A stretch of DNA of 64,000 nt from Endomicrobiales bacterium (GCA_963794945.1 CAWCFT010000008.1:32001-96000), one strand, 5' to 3'. Numbered from the stretch's first letter, positions 53,025 through 63,948 are shown. Notes: generated by a model from the letters alone, not told the origin. Translations and numbers: made by a program.

Positions 53025-53792
53025 TTATGATTGAGTGCCTTGTTTGATGTGATAATCAATTTTATTCTCATTGCAAAAAGATATTACTGTTCTAGTTAAA
53101 TTATTATAAAATTCCCTTGTATACTTAAATTCCGAAGATTTTACATTGTAATTTAATCTGCCGAAAATTATTTTATCTACAAATGAAACAGCTTCCAATA
53201 TTTTGTTTAAATCTTGGTCTATTAAATTAGGCGTGGGGTAAGGCTCCATACTTATCCAAGTCTTAAATCCTTTGTCATGCAACTGCTTAAGTGACTTTAT
53301 TCTATCCACGTAAGCTGCTGAATATGGTTCATATTCTTTTCTAAATTCTTCGTTTAATGAAACTAAAGTAATACCATATTCATTATTTTTACTGTGCCCA
53401 TTTTTTCGCCCAATTTCAGCAGGATAAACACCTTTTGTAAGCACAGTACATTTAATTTTATTTAGATTTAATTTATCAATAATCTTTGAGCTTAAATCAC
53501 ATATTTCATTCTGTTCATACATAAATGGATCTGTTGAAAAACACATATGAACATACTTTATTTGATTTTTATATTTAGGTATTTCTTTGTCCAAAAGCTC
53601 TAAAGCATTGGAAACTATTTTTGGTTTGCACCATTCTTCATAAGTTTTAATAACCCCACACCTTTTCTTCATCATATAAGCATAGCAGGGATACTTACAA
53701 CCATGAGAACACCCCTCAACATGATTTAAACAAAAATCAGAGTATTCCACAGCGCTTTTATAAAGCAATGATTTTCTTTGTATGTAGTTCAT
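53025..53792 (-). CDS. Radical SAM protein (SPL/Rv2578c-like) with a CX3CX3C motif
   Basis: NHVEGCSHGCKYPCY, FSTDPF, VLTKG, SMEPYP; low GC. Confidence 0.8.
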   Translation of the reverse strand: MNYIQRKSLLYKSAVEYSDFCLNHVEGCSHGCKYPCYAYMMKKRCGVIKTYEEWCKPKIVSNALELLDKEIPKYKNQIKYVHMCFSTDPFMYEQNEICDLSSKIIDKLNLNKIKCTVLTKGVYPAEIGRKNGHSKNNEYGITLVSLNEEFRKEYEPYSAAYVDRIKSLKQLHDKGFKTWISMEPYPTPNLIDQDLNKILEAVSFVDKIIFGRLNYNVKSSEFKYTREFYNNLTRTVISFCNENKIDYHIKQGTQS

Positions 53793-54681
53793 TGAAAATG
53801 AAACTCTTTTTGGCCTGTAGAATCAACTTTAATAACACTGTCCCATATTTTTTGCGCAAGTTTATGTTTAGTAGCAAGAATTAAGACATATAAATTTACG
53901 TCTTTTACATTTTTTACAGAAACAGCTGAATCTGTAAATTTCAACCCTTCTTCCGGATAACCAATACTTTTAAGCTGTTGTTTAAAAACATCCAAAACCA
54001 CGGGGTAAACATTTGGTTTCCCTTTTTTTTCGCTTCGGCAACTCTATCCCGCCAAACAGTAGTACCCAAAAAACTATCTAAAATAGTATCGGTTCTATCC
54101 TGCCAATTATCAATATTGCGTTTAATTGCGCCTATAGGAAAATGTATAAGCATATCCATTCGTTGAAATTGTGCCAATTCTTTGAGTGTTTCAAATTTTA
54201 AACCTGATGGAGCAAAAGGATCTATATATGCAAAATGATATTTGCTGTATTTACTTTTTTTAAGATACGCTACGATATTCTTTACTTGTTCGTTAGAATC
54301 CCCTTGCTTAAAAATAGATCTTCCATTATTTATTATTCTTTTCTTAAAAGCCTCTATATTCTCACCATCAATATCAGAAAACACATATTCATTGAATGGT
54401 GCTTTTTCCAATTTTATTACCCTCAAACCTCCGCCATCAATCTCTCTTCCGTCATCTCTAATGACACATTTTCCTGGGCCACAAAATAAATCTATAAAAA
54501 CAGCATTACAATTGTTTGCAAACTTTTTTCGAGCCGCACAAGTTGAATGTAAATATCTTTCTAACAAATAGTATTTATTTTCTGACCAGGAACCAACACA
54601 TTGCGCAGGCAAACCATCTTCAGCGTTCACCGGGCAATTTCCATTTTCTTTCTTACAGTCTTTTTTACAAACTCTATCCAT
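53789..54681 (-). CDS. tcmP: Three-Cys-motif partner protein TcmP-like (SAM-dependent methyltransferase fold; frameshift ~54000)
   Basis: VGSWSENK..L..Y, FIDLFCGPG, GDSN, YIDPF; the C-terminal fragment has LY.L..ATKH.LA.KIW. Confidence 0.8.
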
Positions 54682-54820
54682 AAATCCCCCTTATGTCTGA
54701 TACATATTTTAGCAAATAACGTTGCCATCATGAAACTGCTTTATATTATCAGTTTTCCTGCTTTCGCATCGGGATCACCAAAATCTTTTCCGACTGTTTG
54801 CCAACACTTCCATAATTTTA

Positions 54821-56528
54821 CTACCCGCCCAGCTTCTTTTTGATAGCTTCGTTTACTTCCTGCATCATTTGTATCCATGCTTTCTTCAGGGTTGCGTCGG
54901 CTTCACTAATGCCCGGACTGCCAAGCTCCTGCTGGTATTTGGCGATGTAGGTCTCATACTGCCCCTTTACGTTTGCCATATCCTCATGTGGCATCCGGCC
55001 GCTGTTTATCAGCTCAAGCATTTTCTTTTTCTGTTCTTCAATGTCAGCCAGCGCACCCTTATCAGTTTTTGGCATTTGGCCATCGGGATTTGTATTATTG
55101 AGCTTGCTTAGTTCCTCAATCCTAGCCTGAATTTCCTGAAGCTGCTGGTTCACTTTTGCCTTTTCCTCTTCTGTCAGTTTGGGGTTGGACAGGCTCATGG
55201 TAATTACTTTCATTATGCCCTGAAGCGTTAGTATCTGTACCTGCGGAGTCTTTCCTTCCAGGGCTATAGCCCAGTTACCGCTTTTTATTGCCTCTGCCTG
55301 TTTTTTCATCTCTTCCAGTTGGGCGGGCCTGCCCGCCGAAAAGGCGGGGTCAGTTATAGTTTGTTTTGGGGTTGTGGTTTGGGCTCCCTTGTGCTTGGGC
55401 TTCTTTGGTTTAGAAGAGGCGGGTTTCAAACTCTTTTCTGCTTCCTTAATCTTGAGCTTCAGAGCGTTATGCTTATCAATTTTTTCCTGTAACTGCTGTT
55501 TCATGCCGGATGAATCAAGCTTCCCCTTTTCGGCATTCTTAACCGCCGCCTGCCCAAGCTTGATCTCCGCTTCAAGCCCGTCTGCCTCAGCCTTATCAGC
55601 CTTGAGCGCTGCCTTAGCTGCCCTTACAGCCTCAGGGTCTGGCCCGGCAGGGCGGGCCTGCGACTTGGCCTGCTCTGCCTGCCACTTCTGGTGCTCATCT
55701 GTAATAGCCTTGGCAATGGCGTCTGTGGGGGTGTCTGCCGGTACAATGGCCTCTATACGTATGTTTTTGCCGGCCTTGGCTATATGAACGCCTTGAGCTT
55801 TGCTATGCTTCTTGCCAGCCCCTGCCTCATCGGCAGGCATGGATGAGGCAGGGCCTGATGTCATTTTAGCTATAAGCTGGCGGGTATCCAGAATACTCAA
55901 ATCCTTCGCGATTATCTCTTCGGCCGCCTTTATCTTTAGGTCATCAGATGGCAGGCCAAGAAGCTCAAGGGCATGGCTCCGGGGCAATGTGCGACGTCGC
56001 ACATTGTCTTTAACCAGCCTCAGGTAATTGCAGCAATCCAATGGAATGAGTTACATAGCTCCTGTCCTTGCCTATATCAGCGGCTATCTTTTCATGGGTA
56101 TATTTAGCCGGGTCAAGCTTGTTTAAATGGTCAAACCCTTCGCCTTCCTCTATCGGGTTCAGGCTCTGCCGCTGGATGTTTTCATACAGGCCCATAGCGG
56201 CAGCCACGGCATCACTGGGGGCTGACCTTATAATAGCCTCTATCACTTTCCTGCCTTTATACTTATATGCCCGCCAGCGGCATTCGCCAGCGATAAGCTC
56301 GTACCATTCCCCATCTGGCGAGACGCCTTCCGGTATCTGGCCTGGCGCGGATACAACGAAAACCGAAATAAGTTCTATAAGACCTACATCTTCAATTGAA
56401 TCTGCCAGGCTTTTGATCCTTGCTTCCGGAAAATTCTTCCTTGCCTGGTGTCGTGAAGGTAGGATGTGGTCCACCGGAATCAGCTTAATAACAGACTGCG
56501 CCGCTTGTGCCTGAGCATCGTCAGCCAT
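54821..56528 (-). CDS. ParB/Srx N-domain + HTH protein with a long coiled-coil tail (frameshift ~56020)
   Basis: PSRHQARKNF, LA.SI..GLIE.I, ELIAGECRWRA, ENIQRQSLNPIEE, HTH; no adjacent parA. Confidence 0.8.
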
Positions 56529-56558
56529 GGTTAAAACCCTCCTATTGAAGATATAGTT

Positions 56559-59500
56559 TCAAATGGACACGCTAGATTTATCAATCTCAGCCATGATTCT
56601 TTCTGTCTCTGTTAGGGCAACAATAATTTTCTGGTAATGCTCAATATCAGAGTTGGTCAGGGTACGGTCTTTACGATCTTTCAGCCACTTCTGGGCCGGT
56701 TGGTAACCGCCAATATAAAAGTTCCAAGCTGATTTAGGAACATTGCCAAAATATTGTTCCTTGTTAATATAGACATTGCTGTCTTTGTAAACAATTTTTT
56801 CAACAATATTTCACCGCCAACCGGGTAGGTTGTGATGAATTTGTTAACTTTAGGCGATTCAAGGAGGTGAAGGGAGCGCAGTTCAGCGCCAAGCTTTGCA
56901 AGCTCTTTGAAGATTTTTTTATCTTTCGGATATGGCACGCGCGGGAAATCAATTTTCAAAAATTCTTTATACTTATCGCGATACCCAGGAGAGTGTAAAA
57001 CTGCATAGATGTAGTCAAAAATATCCTCTGGTGTAACTCTGCCAACATTTTTTTCAATTTCATTGACGATTTCTTGTTTAAAATTTAAGATTTGTGTCTC
57101 ATCTTCATTATAAATATATAAAGGAAATTTAAACGAATTATCTGAAACAAAATGCTCATCAGAAATATGTTTAGATATGAAAATATAATCGCCCACACGT
57201 GAAGTTTCAATAGCGATATTATCTCTATTAAAGAAATTATCCATGACCTGCGAACGACTCCTTGAAAGAAAGTTTTTGTCATAATATATGTATCTGCAAT
57301 CAAAAGGCCTATAATCATGTTCTGTTAGGCAATTATCGTTATAATCAATTTTTAATACATTGTCATATTCCCAAGTAGTTTTTGGATTTAAATCATATTT
57401 CTGGATAATCTCTTTTAAAGAATATTTATTAGTGACAATATCTTCTATTCTATCACCTAGTATTTTTTTATCAAAATCAATAGAAATATTATCAACCTTA
57501 GTTTTTATTCCTGCCGAATACACATTGAATAAGTCTGTAACTGAAAAACTATAACCATATTCATCTTGTACGCTGAAATCTTTTGGTACAAAAAAATAAT
57601 ATGGTTCAGAGTAATTTAGTTTCTTCCATTTAATATTTTTTAAATCGTTTTCATTGAGTGCTTTGAATTTATCTTTTCTCTTGCCATATAATTCAGCATG
57701 ATGAACATTGCCGAGTTCCTTTTTATTGATCGCTTTACGCACGAATATTGAAATGGAAACACCTTGTTGAATATCAAAAACATTCTCATCTTTACCGCCA
57801 CCAGGCGCTTTTTCTTTTTTCTTAGAATTACCGTGTAAGTCAAGGATATAAATATCTTCAAATGTTTCAAGCAAGTGCTTCCTCATCTGGCGATGAGTAA
57901 TTCCATCTATGAAAGAATTGTTCGTTATCATAGCAACAATGCCATTGTTGTTTCTTTCAATGAAATGTTCTGAGAAACGAATAAATTTAATATAGTCATC
58001 GTCAAGATTTATTTTACGTTCTCCAAGATTTTTCTTGTAATCTTTAATAAGATTCAGTATCCACTCGCTTTTATTCGATGAACTAATGCTGTACGGCGGA
58101 TTACCGATTACAACCATAATAGGTGTTTGGTTTTTTATTACTGCCGCCTCTTTGGATTCTTCGGCTATGCTTTCGGCAAAACCAAAAGTCGCGAATAAGT
58201 CCGTTTGAGCGCCACTTTCTTCAAGCGAGTTCGTAAGATAAATACCGAGACGGCGGTTAAAGTGTATAAAACCAGTCTCCTTAAATGCCATACTCAACTT
58301 TAAATGAGCTATTGTATAGGGCGCCATCATAAGTTCAAACCCGTGCAGGCGCGGTAATAAATCGTGATGCACATAGGTTGTCCAGCGGCCTTTCTGATTA
58401 TTTTTAAGCAATCGTTGGTAGATGATTCGAATAGCGGCACTGATGAACGTTCCTGTACCAACAGCTGGATCAAGGATCTGAACCCGATGTTTACCTGTTT
58501 CCAATTTCGATGTATCGGCCAAACCAGCCACAAGGTTGAAATCTTTTTCAAGAACATAATCAACCGCGCGTACGATAAACCTCACAACAGGTAACGGCGT
58601 ATAGAAAGCGCCGAGCTTCTTGCGAAGTTCCGGGTCATATTCTTTCAAAAAGTCTTCATAAAAATGAATTACCGGGTCGGGACTTTCGTGAGTTTTACCC
58701 CATAAATCGTCTTCAAAATACTGTTTCATAAGTTCTGGGATATCGGCATGAGAAAAAACCATGCACAACTCATCTACTATATACTTAAGCCGCTCATCAA
58801 AATCTGTCCCCGCTATGTGATCAAAGAAATGCTGTAAAAGCGGGTTTGATTTTGGAACAAGGTCGCGGGCTTTTTGCCGCGAGAATTTTTCAGGGGTTTC
58901 GTCATAATAGCGGGCGATGAAAAGACCGTACACAAGAGTTTGCGCGTACATGTCAGCGAAAGATTCTAACGTTAAATCATGAACAAGCTGTTTTTTAATA
59001 GTTTCATAAACCTTTAGTATCTCGGCATTTTTGTCCGAATCAACTGAAAGAAATTGTTTGATGTTATCCCTGATTCTGCGGCCTTTGCCTCCCATAATTT
59101 TTGAGAGGTGTTCGCCGGATTTAATCGGTTCTTTTTGTGAATTTGCGAAATCTGTCAGGGATTTGGCAAGATGCTCGTAGTTTTCAGGCAGGGGAGTAAT
59201 CGTTCTAAAATTAATGTCGTAAGCCGCAATTTTTATAGGCTCTTCATAGCGTTTCCCATGTCTATAGAAACGAAATTCCAAATAATCAGTAAGCACTAGA
59301 TTTGTATACCCAAAATATCTTGCCATCTGGTCGGACTTTTCAATTTTATCCAGAGATACGCCGATATCTTTTGTCTCGATATAAAGCAATGGAATATCTT
59401 TAGTGCCAACAACAAAATCAGGTCTATTACCCTCAACTGCTTTGGGGTCATGGTCTATGCGTTGAATACTTATTTTTTCAAAAACACCTTCAAGCATAAT

Positions 59501-59593
59501 TTCAAAAGCAGTGCGATATCCCATTTCGGTTGTTTCTTCGCGGGAGAATTTGGCCGAAATTGCCTGAATGTAAGTTTCAAATATTTTTTGCAT
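56559..59593 (-). CDS. Fused restriction-modification enzyme, Type IIG/ISP-like (N6-adenine MTase + endonuclease + TRD; frameshift ~56810)
   Basis: RPDF..IETK nuclease motif, FYTP, ILDPAVGTGTF (motif I), IGNPPYS (motif IV), YRPFD, DFPRVP; corrected C-terminus IGGYQPAQKWLKDRK ends at 56559. Confidence 0.9.
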
Positions 59594-59620
59594 TTATTTT
59601 ATCCTATACTTGTCTGCGGA

Positions 59621-59661
59621 AAACAAAAAAACCACACCGCGCGCAATTCGCGCAATGTGGC
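59621..59661 (-). terminator. Intrinsic terminator-like hairpin between DUF190 and the R-M gene
   Basis: ccacattgcgcg-aatt-gcgcgcggtgtgg followed by TTTTTTGTTTT on the minus strand. Confidence 0.65.
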
Positions 59662-59755
59662 TTGGTTCTTACAGCATTTCTCTCCCAGTTATTATCAATT
59701 GCCATCATAGGCAGATTCTATCTCTTTTTTATCTGTTTTTCAAACCGGGCAGTCT

Positions 59756-60091
59756 TTATTTCCCCGCCCTGTACATGACCACGTTGGCTTTTTCGATGGT
59801 TATAAGACCGTCTATCACCATATCGTCAAGCTGCGGTATGAACTGGCTGATCTTCTCTTCGCTGTCGACAATTTCTATTATCACGGGCAGGTCTTCGGAA
59901 AGCCTCAATATTTTAGCCGTGTGCATGTGGCTCTTCGCCCCGAAACCCATAAAACCTTTTATGACCGTGGCCCCCGCCATGCTTTGTTTCTTGGCTAGAA
60001 GAACTATCTCTTCGTAAAGAGGTTTGCCGTTCCATTTATCCGCTTCGCCTATAAATATCCTCAATAATTTGCCGTCGCCCGGTATCTTCAC
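59756..60091 (-). CDS. DUF190 (P-II-like fold) protein
   Basis: LRIFIGE.D..G.PLY, AGATV.KG..GFG, LSEDLPVIIEIVD; typical crcB neighbour. Confidence 0.92.
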   Translation of the reverse strand: MKIPGDGKLLRIFIGEADKWNGKPLYEEIVLLAKKQSMAGATVIKGFMGFGAKSHMHTAKILRLSEDLPVIIEIVDSEEKISQFIPQLDDMVIDGLITIEKANVVMYRAGK

Positions 60092-60107
60092 ATATACCTC
60101 CAAATAC

Positions 60108-60220
60108 TAAGATTAAAAATCAAACATTAAATATCAAAATTAAGGTTAACAACTATTATTTTAAATGCTTTTGAATTTTGACGTGCAATTTTAATTTTTG
60201 ATTCTTGATATTTGATATCT
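60108..60220. repeat. Inverted heptamer-repeat hairpin, type B
   Basis: attaaaa atcaaac attaaat atcaaaa ttaaggttaac ... tttgatt cttgata tttgata. Confidence 0.85.
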
Positions 60221-60594
60221 ATATGACATCTCCTATCAATATCCCTATCCTGAACAATATAAAGCCAGCCACGAGGCTCACCGCCGTATTTACAAACGCC
60301 CTCATAACCTGCCCGTCCCTTATAAGATTGTTCGGTCTCGAAAATAAATGTCGAAAAAGTGGTAAAAGCGCCGCAAAAACCTATCATGAGCAGTGTCCTT
60401 ACGTCGCTGCCCAGCACGAATTTCTTTTCAGCCATCGTTGTAAGGAAACCGAGGAGTAAGCACCCGGAGAGGTTTACAGCGAGCGTTCCGTAAGGAAAAT
60501 TGGCCCCGGTAACACGGTAAACAGCGCCGGCAAGCGCATATCTCGCGCAAGTGCCCAATGATCCCCCGATAATAAGTTCCAGTATTTTCGACAT
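60219..60594 (-). CDS. crcB: Fluoride channel Fluc/CrcB (frameshift ~60330)
   Basis: GG.LG..ARY, FPYGTLAVN, GFCGAFTTFSTF. Confidence 0.95.
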
Positions 60595-60639
60595 TATCAC
60601 TTTCTAATAGAATTATATCTAACTCTCAATTTTGATTCT

Positions 60640-61596
60640 TTATTTTTGATTCTTTCTTACGCCGCAATATTGTGCCGCGAATTTTATTGACTCTATCATC
60701 GGCATCGGGTCGGCAATGCCTTTGCCCGCGATATCAAAAGCCGTGCCGTGGCCCGGCGATGTCCTCATGAACGGCAGGCCCAGAGTAACGTTTACAATGC
60801 TCTCCGGCGCAAGCAGTTTAACGCCGGTCATTGCCTGATCGTGGTACATGGCTACCAAGAGATCAAACATCCCCTTCTTGTGCTTCAGCCAGGCGCTGTT
60901 TGAAGGCCACGGGCCGGAAGCGCCTATTCCTCTTGCAACTAGTTTCTTGACGGCGGGATTTATTACCCTTATCTCTTCCTTACCTATAAGCCCTGACTCG
61001 CCGGCATGCGGGTTAAGCGCCAGCACACCTATGTTAGGCCGCTTTATACCTGCCTTGCCTTTTAGAAACTCATAAGACAACATTGCCGCTCTGAATATTT
61101 TATCTACCGAAATATTTTTGCTTATTTCCAGCACAGGAAGGTGCCGCGTCACCATGACTACCCTGAATTTTTTTGCCGCCATGAGCATAGCGAAATCTCT
61201 GGTATTTGTGAGCTCCGCCAAAAGTTCGGTGTGTCCTGAGTATTTGTGTCCGGCTGCGTGCAGCGCCGCTTTCGAGATCGGGGCTGTGGCTATAGCATCC
61301 ACTTCACCTGTTACGGCAAGATCAACGGCTTTCAGTATGTACCTGTATGACGCTTCCCCGGACGCGGCTGTTTCCCTTCCTGGGCGTGTCTTCCCGGCGG
61401 CTGCAGATGCTGTTTCTATCAGTTCGCACGGCAGCCGAGAAAAATCAAAACCCTGACTCCTGGCGGCATCGAAGCTGCCTACGATGACAGGACGGCACAA
61501 TTTATAGATAGCCCGTTTCGAAACTGCTTTATAAACTATTTCGGGTCCGATACCGGCGGGGTCACCAAAGGTGATAGCTACTTTAGGTAGGCTCAT
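60640..61596 (-). CDS. pdxA: 4-hydroxythreonine-4-phosphate dehydrogenase PdxA
   Basis: GDPAGIGPE, TAPISK, GHTE, LNPHAGE, MYHDQ, RTSPGHGTAFDIAG. Confidence 0.96.
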   Translation of the reverse strand: MSLPKVAITFGDPAGIGPEIVYKAVSKRAIYKLCRPVIVGSFDAARSQGFDFSRLPCELIETASAAAGKTRPGRETAASGEASYRYILKAVDLAVTGEVDAIATAPISKAALHAAGHKYSGHTELLAELTNTRDFAMLMAAKKFRVVMVTRHLPVLEISKNISVDKIFRAAMLSYEFLKGKAGIKRPNIGVLALNPHAGESGLIGKEEIRVINPAVKKLVARGIGASGPWPSNSAWLKHKKGMFDLLVAMYHDQAMTGVKLLAPESIVNVTLGLPFMRTSPGHGTAFDIAGKGIADPMPMIESIKFAAQYCGVRKNQK

Positions 61597-61605
61597 AACT
61601 GCGGC

Positions 61606-61953
61606 TCAGGTTCTTTTAACGCTTTGCAGGTTGTTCTTGTCCATGAACTCGGCATAGTGATCGTAACCGAGTTCAACTATCTTTCTTATACAGCCAGGCC
61701 TATCCGAGCGAGTGAACAGGCCGATAGTCTTCGATATAAAATTGTTAAGTTTCCCGCACGACGCCTTATCTGCCATATCCGCGCAGTCGGCGCATGACTT
61801 TATCTTCTTTTCAATACAGCACTTGCGGACCTTGCACCACGACGCTTTCTCGTTCGCGGCACAGCCGGGGCATTTTTTCTTCTTGTACGCCCCGCAGGCA
61901 CCGCAATAAAGCCCGCAATACGCTACCAGTTGAACAATATTTTGGTCAGCCAT
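61606..61953 (-). CDS. DUF3795-family Cys-rich protein
   Basis: AYCGLYCGAC..CPGC..C.VR.CC..CADC. Confidence 0.85.
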   Translation of the reverse strand: MADQNIVQLVAYCGLYCGACGAYKKKKCPGCAANEKASWCKVRKCCIEKKIKSCADCADMADKASCGKLNNFISKTIGLFTRSDRPGCIRKIVELGYDHYAEFMDKNNLQSVKRT

Positions 61954-63005
61954 TAGTCCAGAGAATTGATCTTTATGTTTGATTTTTCTTTCAGGTCTTT
62001 GATCCAAACTTCATACTTCTTCTGGGCCGCTTTCTGGTTAAGAAGCTCTTTGAGGTCGTCCTTTATATCTTCGTACGCAACTTTCTTCGCGGCGCGTTTT
62101 TCCTCAACTTTAATTATGTGGTACCCGAAATCCGTAAGCACCGGCTCCGAGATTTGCCCGACGTTAAGTGAAAAAGCCGCTTTCTCGAACTCAGGCACCA
62201 TGTCGCCCTTCGCGAAGAAACCGAGATCGCCGCCGCGGTTCTTTGAACCCGGGTCATCTGAATATTTCTTGGCTACTGCTTCAAAATCAGCGCCGCCCTT
62301 AATCTCAGCCTGAGCATCTTTTATCTTTTTTAAGGCCGCAGATTTTTGTTCCATAGTCGCGTTCTTGTCAACTGAAACAAGTATATGGCGAGCCCTTACC
62401 TGCTCTGAAGAGAGCCTTGTGAGGTACTTCGCGAGAGCCTGCAGTTCGTCCTCGTCTTTCTTGTCTAAGCCAAGGTCCTTGCCGGCCATCTTCTGCTGCA
62501 CTTTATCGTAGAACGCCTTTATCTCGTCTTCGCTGGGCGGCATGACTTTCGCTTTTACTTCCTGGTCTATAAGCTTCATGACCATAAGCTGGTCTTCAAT
62601 GCGGCTCTCGAACTGAGGCTGCGTAAGGTCTTCTTTCTTCAGCTCTGCCTGGAACTCGGTATCAGTCTGGAACCGCTTCCTGACCTGTTTTAACCCTTCT
62701 TCCAGCTCCCTCTTTGAAACATGAATCTTCTGTTTCTTCGCTTCCTGTTTAAGCACCTTGTCATCGATCATCTGGGCCAACAGTTTTTGCTTGAACTCGT
62801 TGATCTTTTCAGGGGTTTGTTCGGAAGCCGCTGCCTGTGTTTTGTACTGGTCAATAACAGGGTCTGCGACCTTTTCGAACTCGGAAGCCATAATAGCTTC
62901 CCCGTTAACTATCGCAACTGTCCTATCCACGACCTTAGCGTTAAGAAACGAGGCCGTGCCTATCATTAAACTTATCACTGCCAGGAATTTAAAACCTTTA
63001 AACAT
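61953..63005 (-). CDS. SurA/PrsA-type parvulin peptidyl-prolyl isomerase
   Basis: [12 protein letters not shown]-domain; ARHIL, YSDDPGS..GGDLG, MVPEFE, FGYHIIK. Confidence 0.92.
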   Translation of the reverse strand: MFKGFKFLAVISLMIGTASFLNAKVVDRTVAIVNGEAIMASEFEKVADPVIDQYKTQAAASEQTPEKINEFKQKLLAQMIDDKVLKQEAKKQKIHVSKRELEEGLKQVRKRFQTDTEFQAELKKEDLTQPQFESRIEDQLMVMKLIDQEVKAKVMPPSEDEIKAFYDKVQQKMAGKDLGLDKKDEDELQALAKYLTRLSSEQVRARHILVSVDKNATMEQKSAALKKIKDAQAEIKGGADFEAVAKKYSDDPGSKNRGGDLGFFAKGDMVPEFEKAAFSLNVGQISEPVLTDFGYHIIKVEEKRAAKKVAYEDIKDDLKELLNQKAAQKKYEVWIKDLKEKSNIKINSLD

Positions 63006-63024
63006 TTTCTTCCCCTTCCATGAT

Positions 63025-63948
63025 TTATTTTTTTCCGGATCTTTTTTCCGCGCCGAACTGCTGAGCCGACGGCGCCTGCTGCATTGCCGGCTGGGCCGGC
63101 AGTTTTGAAAGCATACCGTAATCAACTTTGACGCTCAGTTTGAGTTTTTCGTTCTCAAGCCACGCGTCGAACTTATTTTTTTCCAGAAGCTTCTTTATTT
63201 CGAATTTTGCTTCTTCCATGGAGCGCGGAGGAAGCGCCTTTTGGCTTATCTTTTTAATTACGTGAAAACCGAACTGTGTTTCAACTATACCTGATATTTG
63301 TCCGATCTTAAGCGGGAACACGGCCTTCTCGAACTCTGGCACAAGGTCGCCTCTGCGGAAGGGTCCGATCTCGCCGCCGCGCGCAGCGGATATCGGGTCA
63401 GTAGATACCTCTTTTGCCACCTTTGAGAAATTTTCGCCCGCATTGACGCGTGCAAGCACTTTCTCGGCTTCCTGACGCGTAGGAACAAGTATGTGCTGCG
63501 CTGTCACTTCGAGCGGATGAGTGAACTCTTCCTTATTCTCATTATAATAGTTCTCAATATCCTTGTTTGTAGCGTTTAGTTCCTTGTCATGAAGCTCACG
63601 AACGTAAAGCTCCATCATCAGGCTTTCCTGGTACTCTTTGAACTTGCGAGCCTGGTCCTTCTTATAATCAGTTATAGTTTTCTTGTATTCATCCTGCTTG
63701 TTTACCCCGGCCTTTTTCGCGGCTTCCACTACTACGCGCTCACGGACAAGCAGGTCGAGGAATTGTTTGCGGCCCGCGTTTGTTGTCAGGTAACTTTGGT
63801 ACGCAGGGGGCGCGTCCATTATGCGTTCTTCAAGCATTTTCAGGGTTATTTTGCTTTTCCCTATATCGGCGACAGATTGCCCCTTGGCGCCGCACCCGTA
63901 TAAACCAGCAGCTAACACACAACAAACAAGGCATGTGGTCTTTTTCAT
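63025..63948 (-). CDS. PrsA/PpiC-type lipoprotein foldase
   Basis: Lipobox LYGC, AQHILV, GGEIG, LVPEFE, FGFHVIK. Confidence 0.9.
   Translation of the reverse strand: MKKTTCLVCCVLAAGLYGCGAKGQSVADIGKSKITLKMLEERIMDAPPAYQSYLTTNAGRKQFLDLLVRERVVVEAAKKAGVNKQDEYKKTITDYKKDQARKFKEYQESLMMELYVRELHDKELNATNKDIENYYNENKEEFTHPLEVTAQHILVPTRQEAEKVLARVNAGENFSKVAKEVSTDPISAARGGEIGPFRRGDLVPEFEKAVFPLKIGQISGIVETQFGFHVIKKISQKALPPRSMEEAKFEIKKLLEKNKFDAWLENEKLKLSVKVDYGMLSKLPAQPAMQQAPSAQQFGAEKRSGKK

Noticed and set aside
54720..59710. ttgccatcat repeated at ~54723 and ~59699 as att sites of the island
   Set aside because: Only 10 bp, brackets only part of the island, and no integrase is present; could be chance.
13625..60220. 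Periodic repeats as a CRISPR array
   Set aside because: Units are 7-9 nt, inverted and dispersed. There are no 23-47-nt direct repeats with unique spacers and no cas genes.
60595..60640. Fluoride riboswitch upstream of crcB
   Set aside because: The gap after pdxA is only ~45 bp and lacks the GGCGATGG..TTCGCC / TGATG.C.CTAC-type motif.
946..63903. Numerous antisense and overlapping ORFs in the six-frame track (e.g. 946..1431, 7007..7453, 20796..21422, 49083..49667)
   Set aside because: Shadows of well-supported genes on the opposite strand, with no recognisable motifs.
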